NCBI RefSeq assembly: GCF_006345805.1
Contig: NC_043000.1
Location: forward strand, 45,570,001-45,634,000
Origin: Octopus sinensis
Lineage: Eukaryota
Direction: 5' to 3'
DNA: 64,000 nt
In this document: positions 51,253 to 64,000 of the stretch, piece by piece
How positions within the stretch are numbered: the stretch's first letter is position 1
Layout: each line of letters starts with the position of its first letter
Made by a program: the position numbers and the translations under genes
The notes under the pieces: model-generated
The model's input: the letters and a program-made list of their open reading frames with translations, nothing else
Told to the model about the DNA's origin: nothing
The model's database searches: none

Positions 51253-52945
51253 TTAATAGTTAATGTAGTAACAGCTGCAAAACTGATCATGTGAAATCCT
51301 GTAGTTTGTAGAATATGCTGTCATGGACATATAATGTATCATAAGAGATAGGGAACGAAGAGTCAAGTGATCCAAGTGGAAAGGCATTATGGATGAAAAA
51401 GATTAAAGAAGACATTAGTAGAAGTGCCCAAAGCTGTTCTCAGGGTGTCAACCCTTGTAAAGAAGATGAAAAAGAAACCTGTCAAATGGTGAGATACTGT
51501 ATTGGAAAGGATCTATCCAAGTTATACAAACAAGGGAAAAACTTATGTAGAGATGATGATGGTGGCAGCAGGGTGATGATGGGGTTGAGAGTGATGGTGT
51601 TGGGAGGGGGTGATGGTGATGATGATGATGATGGTCATCATCATCACCACCACCATCACCACCAACACCACCACCATCCTTTTGCATACCTATCAGAATG
51701 CCTCCAAACAAAATATCACAGTTCAAGTTAATGCGAGAGCTTCTAAAAGGTTCCTTGACCTGTTAAACATAGCAACTATATCTCCCAGAAATCATACTTT
51801 TTACAAAAGAAATGGTAGTTCATATTCAATAATGTAATTTTACATGCACCTTGTCTGAGAATAACCATGTGATTGTCATGGAGGGAACTCTTAACATTAT
51901 AGATCTAGTTGATTAGGTCTGATACTAATTAACAAATATTTTACTAATTTAAATTAAAACAGTAAAACATTAAGGAGGTATAGTTTGGAGAATCAGTTTT
52001 GATATTCTGATTGAAGAAATAGAATTAGAATTTGAGAATATTCATGTGAAATATAACTTAGTCTAATAGAGTTGCTAGAAAAATTAGTCAATTTTGAAGT
52101 TGTTTAAAGTTGTTAGAATAAATTAGCTGAAATAAAAGTAAATAACAAAAGTAAAACACGAAAAAGGAAAAGAAGGAAACAAGATAAAATTCGGAACGCT
52201 GTTTGAAAAATAAAAACAACTTCCTCTGAAATTACTGTGCCATTGTAAAAGAGAACCCCACCTATTGCATACTTGTAGTTTTCTTTAGAGAATTTGATTA
52301 AAGATAAAATATAAATCGCTGGAAAATTCCTATTTTGTTTTATAATCATTGATTTGGTTATATAAGATGTGGTTGTTGTAGTTATTGTTGTTCTTGTTTT
52401 ATTTTGTTTGGTTTTATTGTTGCTGTTTTTTTTTAAATTTTTGGTGGGTGGCTGGAGAGGGTAATTTCTCTTTAATTGTGTGAAATGAAATTTATATCCT
52501 TTGATCTTGGTAATCAACAATGTATTTGTAGCAAGGCAAATTAATGATAACATTGTTTATATTTTATTTTACTTTATTTTATTTTATCTTTTTCCTGTGT
52601 GCATGTGTGTGAGCATTGGAATTGCATTTGTTTCATTTATTTTTTGGTTAGATAAGAATCATATGGTTAATTATATTTTAGTAGAAGAAAAGAAAAATAG
52701 TGTACGCTATTAAGCAACATTAAAGAGTAAGATGTACAATTTTAATAGTTAATAATATTTTAAAATTATGTGTCATGGTAGATTGACAGAAATTGTAGAG
52801 TTGCCAGACTAAATAACATGTTGTATTTAGCTTGGTTCCTCTAATTTCTCAGTTCAGATCTCCTCATGTCTATCAATCAGTTTGGTATTTCAGCTTTCTA
52901 CAGTTATATAAATATTAGTTGCATGCAGCCATTCAGACTTATTCT

Positions 52946-53178
52946 TATTTCTTTATTGCCCACAAGGGGCTAAACATAGAGGGGGCAAACAAAGACAGAC
53001 AAAGAGATTAAGTCGATTACATCGAACCCAGTGCATAACTGGTACTTAATTTATCGACCCCATAAGGATGAAAGGCAAAGTCAACCTCGGCGGAATTTGA
53101 ACTCAGAATGTAACGGCAGATGAAATACTGCTAAGCATTTCGCCTGGCACGCTGATGTTTTTGCCAGCTCGCCGCCTT
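52946..53178 (-). mobile_element. SINE family 1 copy with 15-bp TSD
   Basis: TSD attcagacttattct at 52931-52945 and 53179-53193. Confidence 0.93.
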
Positions 53179-53480
53179 ATTCAGACTTATTCTATTACCA
53201 GCTTTAACATGAACCCTTGTCTCTCAGGTACTTTTAGAAGAGTTTTCCATCGTGCAAGAATTCAAACTTGGTCTCTATTTTGAGAATAAATACTTTGTTT
53301 CCTCTCACTCATCAAAGAAGACCTGAAAACGGCCATCGTTGATATTCTTCCCTTCTTAAATAAACGAGGAAAGAGAAAACAGTGGACACAAGCATAACTG
53401 TGCTCAAGAGGTTCACTTTACATCTACTTATTTTGGAGTGTAATCCCACAGTAAAACACTTGGGGTTAAAAGTTTTTACC

Positions 53481-53714
53481 TATTTCTTTACTACCCACAA
53501 GGGGCTAAACACAGAGGAGACAAACAAGGAAAGACAAACGTGTTAAGTCGATTACATCGACCCCAGTGCGTAACTGGTACTTAATTTATCGACCGCGAAC
53601 GGATGAAAGGCAAAGTCGACCTCGGTGGAATTTGAACTCAGAACGTAACGGCAGATGAATTACGGCTATGCATTTCGCCTGGCGTGCTAACGTTTCTGCC
53701 AGCTCGCCGCCTTA
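53481..53714 (-). mobile_element. SINE family 1 copy with 20-bp TSD
   Basis: TSD tggggttaaaagtttttacc at 53461-53480 and 53726-53745. Confidence 0.93.
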
Positions 53715-53926
53715 TTTAACCCCGCTGGGGTTAAAAGTTTTTACCACAACCTGAGAATTTGGATATTTCATAATACTATATTTTTAAAAGCTTAGTTTCA
53801 TATTCAGTCCTACTGCCTTCCAACTTGGGTGTGCCTGCTACAATAACCCTGGACTAACCAAAGTCTTGAGAATGAATATTGTAGATGGAAACTGAAAAAG
53901 AAGTCTAACACATGCATATGTATATA

Positions 53927-54159
53927 TTATTTATTTATTGCCCACAAGGGGCTAAACATAGAGGGGACAAACAAGGACAGACAAACAGATTTAGTCGATT
54001 ACATCAACCCAGTGCGTAACTGGTACTTAATTTATCGATCCCGAAAGGATGAAAGGCAAAGTCAATCTCAGCGGAATTTGAACTCAGAACATAACAGTAG
54101 ACGAAATACCACTAAGCATTTCACCCGGCGTGCTAACAGTTCTGCCAGCTCGCCGCCTT
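53927..54159 (-). mobile_element. SINE family 1 copy with 15-bp TSD, inserted into an older SINE
   Basis: TSD atgcatatgtatata at 53912-53926 and 54160-54174. Confidence 0.92.
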
Positions 54160-54659
54160 ATGCATATGTATATATGCATGCATGAATGTGCGTGTATTCC
54201 CTGTCTTGACATCATACGTTAATTGTCAGTTGATATTGCTGTCATACAAACACTGCCATTTGTTTGCAATCTTATGTGTAAAATGTCTGGAGTGGGATAA
54301 AATATCATCTTGCTTGGAAAGAAGTAAATGTTGGCAACCAGAAGAAAATCCCCTTGGTAGAAATTCTGCCTCAACAAATTTTTCTAGACCAATGCAAGCA
54401 CGGAAAAGTAAACATAAAAAAAGATGATGATGGCAGTAGTTGTGGTGGTCGTGGTGATCGCCCAAAACCTCATGTTTTGTCCTTTTTATTGAATATTGAA
54501 ATAAACATGGCAATTGAAAATCAGATACAAAAAAATTACTGAAACACTGTTTGATAAGATTATGTTTCATATGTTATACAAAATGTGTATACATGATCAA
54601 TAAAGAAGGAAATAGGAAAATATTGCAAGGCTTATAATTTCGCCAAAACAGTATATGGT

Positions 54660-54875
54660 GGAACTAATAGCTGGCAGAATCATTAGCATGGTGGGCAAAA
54701 TGCTTAGCAGTATTTTGTCCATTTTCACATTCTGAGTTCAAATTCTGTCGAGGTTGATTTTGCCTTTCATCATTTTGGTATCGATGAAATAAGTACCAGT
54801 TACATACTGGAGTCGATGTAATCGACTTACCCCCTCCCCACAAATTTTAGGCCTTGTGCCTATAGTAGAAAGGAA
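54660..54875 (+). mobile_element. SINE family 1 copy (alternative 3' tail ggccttgtgcctatagtagaaagg)
   Basis: Head gctggcagaatc, family-1 core, and the same tail type as 567-782. Confidence 0.85.
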
Positions 54876-55667
54876 CAACAAACACCATTCTACTCCAGTT
54901 AAATAGAATGCTATTTCTGTTAAGAGTATATTTTAATGTTCTTTCTTATAAGAATATATTTTCAGTCTCATTTCTTTCTCCATATATGACTTCATTATCA
55001 TTTTACTCTTATGGTAGCATATTTTTCTTTGTTCACTTTTGAAAGAAATCAGATTAGCATCATGAAATATTTTATTTCTTTTGAAATGATATTGATATTT
55101 AGTGACTTAAGTGGTCAGTTTCTAAATTACTATAGAAATTGTCTTCTCTTTACATTTTTGCTCTTTTCTTTTCTTTTCAACACACATATCTATATATCTA
55201 TATATATATAACAAGTGATTTCAAAATTGTTCTGAAAATTATATCTTTTAATTCCGCCATGGCTTCTCAATATTACAGTGAATGTTCATAATGGAAACTT
55301 CATTGTTCCTAGAATTTCCTAACTTCTTTTCTTGACAATCCGAGTAAATTGTTTGAAATTAGGTATTTAGAATAAGCCATTCATGTTGGACTGTGCTTCT
55401 GCCACCAACAAAATTAGATGTAACAATTGAGACCATATCCAAAATGAAAGCCATCTAACTGATTGTCACAGATTCACTCACCAACACATCACATAACATA
55501 CAGCCTCTGACCCACAGATATGTAGCCTCTGCTCTCTCTCACTCTCTCTCTCTCTCTATGAGCTTGTTTTGTTGATAGTACAACCTTTGTTTCTCAGAAC
55601 TGGCTAATAATCATTTCTTGACCATTCCTCTAAACTCATAATGATTACTCTCCCCAATCATTCTTAC

Positions 55668-55819
55668 TAAAAAAAATCATTCCTCTGGAAATGTAGTCCT
55701 GCCAACATTTTTCTCTACACAAATTGGCAGATTGATATTCAAATTGAGCATAAACGTTATCAATCTCTTCATTCTCTAAAAACCTACAAGTATCCACGGA
55801 CACTGCTGTTTCTTCTTGA
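55668..55819 (-). CDS. Candidate coding exon (152 nt, phase 2 to 1), Cys-containing, product unidentified
   Basis: Acceptor ttttccctttgtggttcAG, donor GTAAGA (55662-55667). Only one frame is open: QEETAVSVDTCRFLENEEIDNVYAQFEYQSANLCREKCWQDYISRGMIFF. Confidence 0.4.
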
Positions 55820-56211
55820 CTGAACCACAAAGGGAAAAATATAAATTTAAGATGCTTTACTAGATTGCTTTAGTCTAAAAAATGCTGGCTGCTAAACTGA
55901 TCAAACTATAGATTGGTCCCAAATATTTACAGATGGAGAATGACTGAAGTCAGTTATATTGACACTAGTACTTTAGAGTTTTTATTTTATGAAACTCACA
56001 GAAAAACAAAAGACAAAGTTGACTTTGATGGGCCTACAGTCGAGAATGCAAAACACGACAGCTAAATAACTTAAAGAAATTTTGTTGAATGGCCTACTGT
56101 TTCACCCTGTTATAAAATATTGCAAATTTATACCATAAATGCAAGACTACAAATTTGGGGGCTGAGAATAAATGATTGTATTGATCCCAATTCTTGGTAG
56201 GTATCATTAGC

Positions 56212-56893
56212 TTTTATCTTTTACTTGTTTTAGTCATTGGACTGCAGCTATGCGGGGGAACCTCCTTGAAGGATCTAGTCAACCAAATCGACTCCAGCAC
56301 TTATTTTACAAGCCTGATACTTATTCTTCTATTGGTCTCTGATAAGTTACAGGATGTCAAAAAACCAATATCAGGTGTCAAACAGTGGTGGGTGACAAAG
56401 ACACACATAAATATGTACATGTATATAAGCAATGATCTTCTTTCAGTTTCAGTCTACCAAATACACTCATAAGACTTTGGCTGGCCTGGGGTTATAGTAG
56501 GAAACGGTTGTCCAAGGTACCACAGATTAGGACAGGACCCTGAACTCTGTAGATAGGAAGAAAACTTCTTAATTACTTAGCCCTGAAATGATGCAAGAAA
56601 ATCAACATTAACAAGATTTGAACACAGAATGCAAAATGATGCAACTAAATACTGCAAGGCTTTTGTTTGAGCTGGCAGAGACGTTAGCACGCCAGGCGAA
56701 GTGCTTCACGGTATTTCGCCCATTGCTACGTTCTGAGTTCAAATTCCGCCGAGGTCGATTTTGCCTTTCATCCTTTCAGAGTCGATAAATCAAATACCAG
56801 TTACGCACTGGGGTCGATGTAATCGACTTGATCCGTTTGTCTGTCCTTGTTTGTCCCCTCTATGTTTAGCCCCTTGTGGGTAGTAAAGAAATA
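56212..56893. mobile_element. Diverged SINE family 2 (-, 56212-56580) and SINE family 1 (+, 56669-56893)
   Basis: Matches to the respective families. The family-1 copy is flanked by gcttttgtt. Confidence 0.85.
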
Positions 56894-59664
56894 AGCTTTT
56901 GTTCAATTCTTTACTAACTCTGTGAAATCACTGCCCTACAGAAACTAAATACTATTCCCATCATGGCAAATGTTCAGTCATTCAAATATCTTTGACCTGA
57001 CCATCATTTTTCAATGATATCTAATACAGCAAATAATCAATTAATTTCTTTTTTGAATGTGTGTATCAAAGACCCCACATCCACCCTGGAAATAAAAATT
57101 TTTTTTATCAAAATTTGCAATACTAGCTTGCATTTTATTACTGACATTTAACCTGGTTTTGACATTTTCTAAATTTTCCCTTCTCATCCAACGTTGTTTT
57201 ACAATTTATTCAAAGAATCTCTATTTATTCCAAGCATACAAGTTGATGAAGTAATTGTAGTTTGGTGATTTATTTGTTGCTAAATCTAGAATACAACTGA
57301 AATTTGTCATATTTAAAAAAATAAATAATTCCTGTTTATTTTTCTTTTAAAGATGTCATCCACATGAAAAACAATAATTAAATTAGTGTTAAAGTACTTA
57401 ATGAGTGAAGTTTAATTTATATTCTACAATTAATTACAATGAACTACAACTAATAAATACAATAAAATATATGATTTTCTGTCTGTTTTGTTTTTAGGGC
57501 ATTGCATATTAATGGGGTTATGCAAATTAGAAATACTTATGCAGTGAGAAAACAGTATTAGTTTGTTGACTTGGTAACAACGTTACTAATCATTAAATAT
57601 GACAGTAAGGATGGGGTGGGGTGGGGAAACATCTCTAGAATATGTTTTAGGTTTTTTAGAGTTGCTACACTTGCTGAAAAGTTTCTGACTTTGGGTAAAA
57701 GAAAATATGGGTGGATCAGTTAATTATGATTTTATTCTAGATATTCCCTCCTCAGATTCACACAATTATCACAACAGTCCTTCAGTTTTTCTAAGCCCTG
57801 CAAAAGAACTTGGAAAGTTGGGCCTCCAACCATGCCTTCCACGAGACCCCTAAAGCCAGGAACTTTCCAGTATCCTCTCTAAGTAGATCTCTGTTGGGTT
57901 TTGATGGTTTTTGAACATAAATTAGTTCAATCAACTCACCCACTAGCTCATTGAATTAGCAATATTGCAAGTGGCTAAACTTTCTATAAACACATGTACC
58001 CTTAATATAATTCTTGTGACACAATGTAACAAGGCTTGACCTTTACATTACACTGTGTAACAAAATTTTTATTTCTTTTATGCCTTTGGTCAATAAAATT
58101 TTTTTATTATATGCTTCTGTCTAGATATTAAAGGAAATGACTACTATTCCCTTTGAAATTTGCTTTTGTGACCTGGACATCAATGTTTTGAAACTGACCT
58201 ATTTTTCCATTACATTTTGGTTAGATTCAGAGCTGAGTTGCTGAAGCATAAATATCATTATAGCAAATATTCTGCTCAATACTACAGATTTGCTTATCAG
58301 TTACTTGGCCTTAACCACTTGAGCATGTCCCTTAGAGGCTGACAATATGTGCATCTCTGAGCACAAGTACATAGTATGGGCAGGGCCATCGCATGACTTT
58401 TAGAGGCCTCCTGCAACTTTTTATTTCAAGGCCCCATTTCTTCAATCAAAATTCATAACCTATACACCTTTTATTCATAGCTATATTTTACTTTATTCTA
58501 TCTGAAGTTCAATATTTCATTTTATCCTAAAGAACATCTTTAAAAGTACAAGTTAAATTTATTTAGGGCTGGAGCTATCATATAATTTCATATTTAGGAA
58601 GACCAACATTTAATAGGGTTGAATATTTATTTGATGGACTCACAAATATCAGAAAACAAGCATTTTAAAATAACTATATGCGAAGACATATAGGTAAAAT
58701 CATACTTCCACACCCAGGTCGATTCAGTTGTAAATAATTTTGTCCCGCTTCTTTTTTTTTTTTTTTTTTTTGGTGCAATTGTCTTAGTTGACCTCGTAAC
58801 CTGTCGGAAATGCATTTTTTAAATGGAAAAGGGAAGGGATGGGGGTGGGTCAGTCCCTGGAAATTCCCCTTTCCGGCCCTGATTTCACTTGGAAAAAATA
58901 TTTTCAGCATTTTTCTTTTTTGTATGTTATCATCTTAGTCGACCTCTATATATACCGCAAATGCAGAAAATGGAGGAGGTGAGGTGGGGTGGGGTGCACT
59001 CTCAGAAATCCTCTGGCCCTGATTTCACAGGAAATTTTTTCAACTTTTTTTTTTTAGTTGAGCTCCTAATATACCACAAATGCATTTGTGAAGTCATAAA
59101 AGCCTTTTTTAATTTCTATATTTTACTGTTAGCTGTTGCAATATTTCAATTGGATAAACACTTGTACAATTCATACTATAAAATAAACATACTAAAGATG
59201 CAATATATAAAGAATTTCTTACCTTTCTCTGAAATCACAAATTCAAGGTAAAAATAGAACTTTGCAAAATAGAAATACCTTGATCACAAACTAGTTACAA
59301 CTGAAGAATTGAGATGTTTGGTGACAGTGAGTGGGGAATATCTGTATCCCTATATATATATACATAGATAGATACATACACACACACATCTGTGTGTGTG
59401 TGTGCGTGTGCGTGTGTGTGCGTGTGTGTGTATGTGTGTGGGGGGGGGCATGCACACATGCCCATGCCTTGTTTTTGGTACAGAAAGAATTTTGTCTTGA
59501 GTTTTTATTGCCTTAGGATGTCAAATGTCACTGTTCTGGGTACAAAGTGGCCAGCTAGAGAGAGAGAGGTATAAAGAGAGGGAGAGAGAGAGAGAAATGA
59601 AGAGAGAAACAGGGAGAGACAAAGATTAAGAGATGTGTATCTGTTTGGTAAATGTTTGTCTATC

Positions 59665-59695
<31 letters not shown>

Positions 59696-59822
59696 TTATC
59701 TATCAATCTATCTATCTATCTATCTTTCTATTGATCTATCTATTCACCCAAAATGACCAAAGCCTAGTGAATGGATTTGGTAAACAGAAACAGAAAAAAG
59801 CTGTGTGTGTGTATGTATATAT

Positions 59823-60231
59823 ACTCTCTCTTTTACTCTTTTACTTGTTTCAGTCATTTAACTGCGGCCATGCTGGAGCACCGCCTTTAATCGAGCAACT
59901 CGACCCCAGGACTTATTCTTTTGTAAGCCCAGTACTTATTCTATCGGTCTCTTTTGCCGAACCGCTAAGTAATGGGGACATAAACATACCAGCATTGGTT
60001 ATCAAGCAACGCTAGGGGGACAAACACAGACACACAAACACACACACGCATATATATATATACATACGACGGGATTCTTTCAGTTTCCGTCTACCAAATC
60101 CACTCACAAGGCTTTGGTCGGCCTGAGGCTATAGTAGAAGACACTTGCCCAAGGTGCCACGCAGTGGGACTGAACCCGGAACCATGTGGTTGGTAAACAA
60201 GCTACTTACCACACAGCCACTCGTACGCCTA
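59823..60231 (-). mobile_element. SINE family 2 copy, full length, young
   Basis: tRNA-like head on minus (gagtggctgtgtggtaagtagc...ggttccgggttcagtccc), CORE-like ccttgggcaagtgtctt, tail (gtaaaaga)n. Confidence 0.93.
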
Positions 60232-60760
60232 AATATGTATGTATTTATGAATGAATGTGTGTATGTATGCCTGTGTGTGAATGGTTTTTTTGTATGTATA
60301 AGTATACAACCCCCACCTTTCTTCACCATTGCTTCTTTTTCTTGTCTTTTATCTTAATATGGGGCTCCTCAACCACAGACCCCCCCCCTGTGACCACAGG
60401 GGTTGCAGGGCTTAGCAGTGGCCCTGAGTAGGGGAACATCATAGCCATGTATTGAGAGGGATTTTTTAGGAGGTTTGAAGAAATGTGACAAAAGCAAAGT
60501 TTGAAGGAAATAGCCATTTTTCATATTTTCTATGGATATGCAAATAGGAAACAACAGTCGCTACCCAAGGATTACACAGTGTTAAAGGTACAATCTATTT
60601 AATAGGCTTCCACACAGTTTCCACCTACCCAATTCAATTTGTAAGTCTTGGATCAAACTGAGGAAGCAGTAAAAGACTTTTGCTTTGAAATATCATGCAG
60701 TGGAATCAAATTAAGGACCCTGCAATTGCAAAGCAAAACTCCTTAACCATTTAGCCATGC

Positions 60761-61038
60761 TGCTTGACTGGCTTCCGTGCCGGTGACATGTAAAGGGCAC
60801 CAACCTATCATGGTCACTGCCAGCCTCCCCTAGCACCCATGCCGGTGGCCCGTAAAAAGCACCCACTACACTCATGGAGTGGTTGGTGTTAGGAAGGGCA
60901 TCCAGCTGTAGAAACACTGCCAGATCAGACTGGAATCTTGTGCAACCTCCTGGCTTCCCAGACCTGGTCAAACTGTCCAATCCATGCTAGCACAGAAAAC
61001 GGACGTTAGACAATGATGATGAGGATGATGATGATGAT
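60761..61038 (+). mobile_element. SINE family 3 copy with (GAT)n tail
   Basis: gtaaaaagcacccactacactc...ggtgttaggaagggcatccagctgtagaaacactgcc...ccatgctagca...ggacgttagacaatgatgat. Confidence 0.85.
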
Positions 61039-61186
61039 ATATACACAACACGTAACAAAGAAAAGACAATAGGCCTGCTTTTTGAGGATTGATCTTAAGC
61101 TAAACAAAAATAAGAATTAGAAATCATAATCATTAATGACTACAAGGATTCAGAAATATGAAACATTTACAAAGAAACTACATATA

Positions 61187-61597
61187 CTCTTAGTCTCTCT
61201 TTTACTCTTTTACTTGTTTCAGTCATTTGACTGCGGCCATGCTGGAGCACCGCTTTTAATTGAGCAACTCGACCCTGGGACTTATTCTTTTGTAAGCCCA
61301 GTACTTATTCTATCAGTCTCTTTTGTCGAACCGCTAAGTAACGGGGACATAAACACACCAGCATCGGTTGTCAAGCAATGCTAGGGGGACAAACACAGAC
61401 ACACAAACACACACACGCATATATATACATATATACGACGGGCTTCTTTCAGTTTCCGTCTACCAAATCCACTCACAAGGCTTTGGTCGGCCCGAGGCTT
61501 AGTAGAAGACACTTGCCCAAGGTGCCACACAGTGGGACTGAACCCAGAACCATGTGGTTGGTAAACAAGCTACTTACCACACAGCCACTCCTGTGCC
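61187..61597 (-). mobile_element. SINE family 2 copy, full length, young
   Basis: Near identical to 59823-60231. Confidence 0.93.
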
Positions 61598-62106
61598 TAT
61601 ATATACATATACAATATATAAATACTCTGCTATAAGCACAATGCCTGAAATTTAGGAGAGGGTCTAGTGTACAACTTAACTTATTTCACCAACCCCTAAA
61701 GGATAACAGGCAAAATTGACCTTGATGAAATTTGAACTCAGATGCAGGAAATGCTGCTAAGCATTTTGTACTTCATGTTAATGATTCTGTCATCTCACTG
61801 TATTGATGTAATGATAATAAGTGCCACAGATCAATTAATTAGAAGGTTAGAATGATCAAAGTCTGTGGCTGAGATTAAATTCTTAATTAGTTACTGTGGC
61901 CTACTATTTAAAGTTATTTGTCAAGATCACACTAAGAGAGTGGATTTAAGAAAAAATTAGAGCATTAGTATCAGTTCTTTATATTTTGATAGTATTATCT
62001 GTGATAATATTGGTGCCAAGTTAAATTTACCATCAAGAAAAGCCTTTTCCTTGGACAATACAAGTGGCAAAGAGACTGGAAGTTTACATTCATAAGCAAC
62101 TGCTTG

Positions 62107-62247
62107 TCGTCGTAATTCATCATCACCATCATCACCATCACCACCACTACCACCACCACCACCACCACAACCACCACCACCACCACCACCACCACCACTA
62201 CCAACACCACCACCACCACCACCACCACCACCATCATCATCATCATC
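62107..62247. repeat. (CAT)/(CAC)n trinucleotide array
   Basis: Seen directly. It is the source of the poly-His/poly-Val ORFs. Confidence 0.95.
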
Positions 62248-63472
62248 CAGTTGTGCTTATTGTGTGGAACACTGTAATTTGCTTCCCAAACGATTCTTTG
62301 TTTGATTACATTGCATAATTCTTTGTGGATGTATGGAATCTTTTTCAGAATCAAACAAATTCTTTCTGAGTGCCACTGGATAAATGGGATTTTGTATAAA
62401 ACCATGTAGAATACTTATGAATGTAACTGATTATAGAGTGGCTTGTAAACGACTATATCAAAAGGATTCTATTTTTTGCAGTATGGTAAATTTAATCTTT
62501 AACACTGTCACATAGCTCTTGGGTGCCTCAGTGGATGTCCAATCTATTGCAGGAACCTAGGTTTCCCTTCTGAGAACAATGCGATATTTTGATGTCTTGC
62601 TTCCAATTGCAGCAATCCAAGAGTTGCTATTTTTGCCCTTAATTTACATGTACCAGTCTTGGGTGTCATACCAAGATCAGGGATGCTACATTTTCTACTA
62701 TAATTAAGTCATTAAACAAAATAATTCCCAACATTTTTAGTAGATCAGGAAAGCCATAATGATATTCATTCTCTGCTTTTGCTTGAAACGTGAATGCTGG
62801 GAACAGGTTTTATCCTTAGATATTATCCATATTTTGATAAACATTTGAGTGGGTAAAAGCATTGCTAATTTTCTCTCCCTCTCTATCCCCTTCTCTCTCT
62901 CCAAGAGGGACAGAGCAGGGAATGTTAGAGCAAGAGAGTGAGAGAGATCAAGAAAAGAGATGCTGAAAAGTAAAATATTTTCTGGTGTTATTTGTATGAC
63001 AAATGATGATAAAATAGGTAATGACAATGTTTTATCCTGAAACCAATCCAATGTCTGCTTCTACAAATAAATATTTAAATTTTTATGTTATTAATAAATT
63101 ATAACTTAATCAATTAATTAATTAATTAGTTAATTAAAATTTCTATAATTTACAGCAACCTAAACAAACAATAAAATAGATAGCTAGATGGCTGCTTTTA
63201 CAATCTCAATATTTTCTTTCTTTCTTTCATTTTAATTTTGTTATTTGCCTTACTGTTAATTTTCTTTCAGTCTAAAAGAACTAATAATTTAATTTTAAAG
63301 AATTATATAATTTCAAGAAAATCACAGGCTAAAGTGGTCAAAGATTTTGAAGCACTAATGACTGTATAAAACTTTATTAAGTTGGTATTATAAAATTACA
63401 TTTTACAGAACATTGAAAATAAAGAAACAATATGTATGTAGATATAAGACTTCTTCATTTCTTCCTCCTCAC

Positions 63473-63572
63473 CAAATTTTTCCTTCTATCTGATGATTTC
63501 TACTAGCAAATAAAAGGAGCATCCAGACCAAATGGCCTATGCATGAATGGGTTATATTTGCATGGCTAAGTC
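63473..63572 (-). CDS. Candidate coding exon (100 nt, phase 1 to 2) with a signal-peptide-like hydrophobic stretch
   Basis: Acceptor aatttcAG, donor TTG|GTGAGG. One open frame LSHANITHSCIGHLVWMLLLFASRNHQIEGKI. It joins 55819 as TG|T (Cys) in frame. Confidence 0.35.
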
Positions 63573-64000
63573 CTGAAATTGTTTACTTCATTCTGATACC
63601 TTTTCTCTACTCCTTACCATTCCAACAGACAGGAATGTGAAACTCTGAGTAACAGTTTGTGAATATTCTTCAGCTTTAATAAAAGCATATTATTCTACCT
63701 TCATTATTCGAGTACTATTTTTCTCACCTTATTTTGCATCTATGTGCTTATTCGTGTGTGTGTGTGTGTGTGTGTATATAATAATAATAAGAGGGAATAT
63801 TATTCCAAACTTACAGGAAAAAATTCAATTTAGAAATACTAAATCAAATTTCACAAAATATAATATTTATATAGAAATTAGAAAAAGTAAAAAGTGTTTT
63901 TTTTTCTAATTATATATATATATATATATATATAACCTACATCTACTGTGCATGCATATGCATAACGTATGTTATGTACATGTATATGCAGTGATTCTGC

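Noticed and set aside
52113-52553. 146-aa minus ORF with IGGVLF...EEVVF resembling an iGluR N-terminus
   Set aside because: Most of the ORF comes from low-complexity T-rich and A-rich DNA. The resemblance is only a few residues.
567-61597. tRNA genes or a CRISPR-like array suggested by recurring A/B-box heads and repeated units
   Set aside because: The heads belong to SINEs and do not give full cloverleaves. The repeats are dispersed retroposons or satellites, with no constant-repeat/unique-spacer array and no cas genes.
12499-62405. Dozens of ORF-track entries rich in IY, CV, TH, poly-H, poly-V or poly-D
   Set aside because: They are translations of (TA)n, (CA)n, (CAT)n and (CAC)n microsatellites and SINE interiors, not genes.

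Overview
This is AT-rich, microsatellite-dense eukaryotic DNA. Its SINE families and (TA)n/(CA)n/(CAT)n load fit a cephalopod, probably Octopus, genome (inference from recalled repeat sequences, not a database search). There is no long intact host ORF, and most of the ORF track is simple-repeat artefact. The window is dominated by mobile DNA: three abundant SINE families, three Penelope-like element (PLE) remnants, an R4/Dong-clade LINE split by a TTAA-flanked piggyBac and a SINE, two mariner remnants, Tc1/mariner MITEs, two Helitron-type elements, a foldback-like element and two microsatellite-bounded tandem duplications. The most unusual structure is a cluster of minimal hammerhead-ribozyme motifs tied to the PLEs (28.3 kb and 34.7-36.6 kb). 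It includes a perfect spacer-less 172-bp palindrome carrying two back-to-back hammerheads, an endonuclease-only ORF, and a pre-miRNA-like hairpin lying between two same-strand hammerheads. Two weakly supported, convergent host genes are suggested by phase-compatible exon pairs (+ strand at 45.3-46.0 kb; - strand at 55.7 and 63.5 kb).
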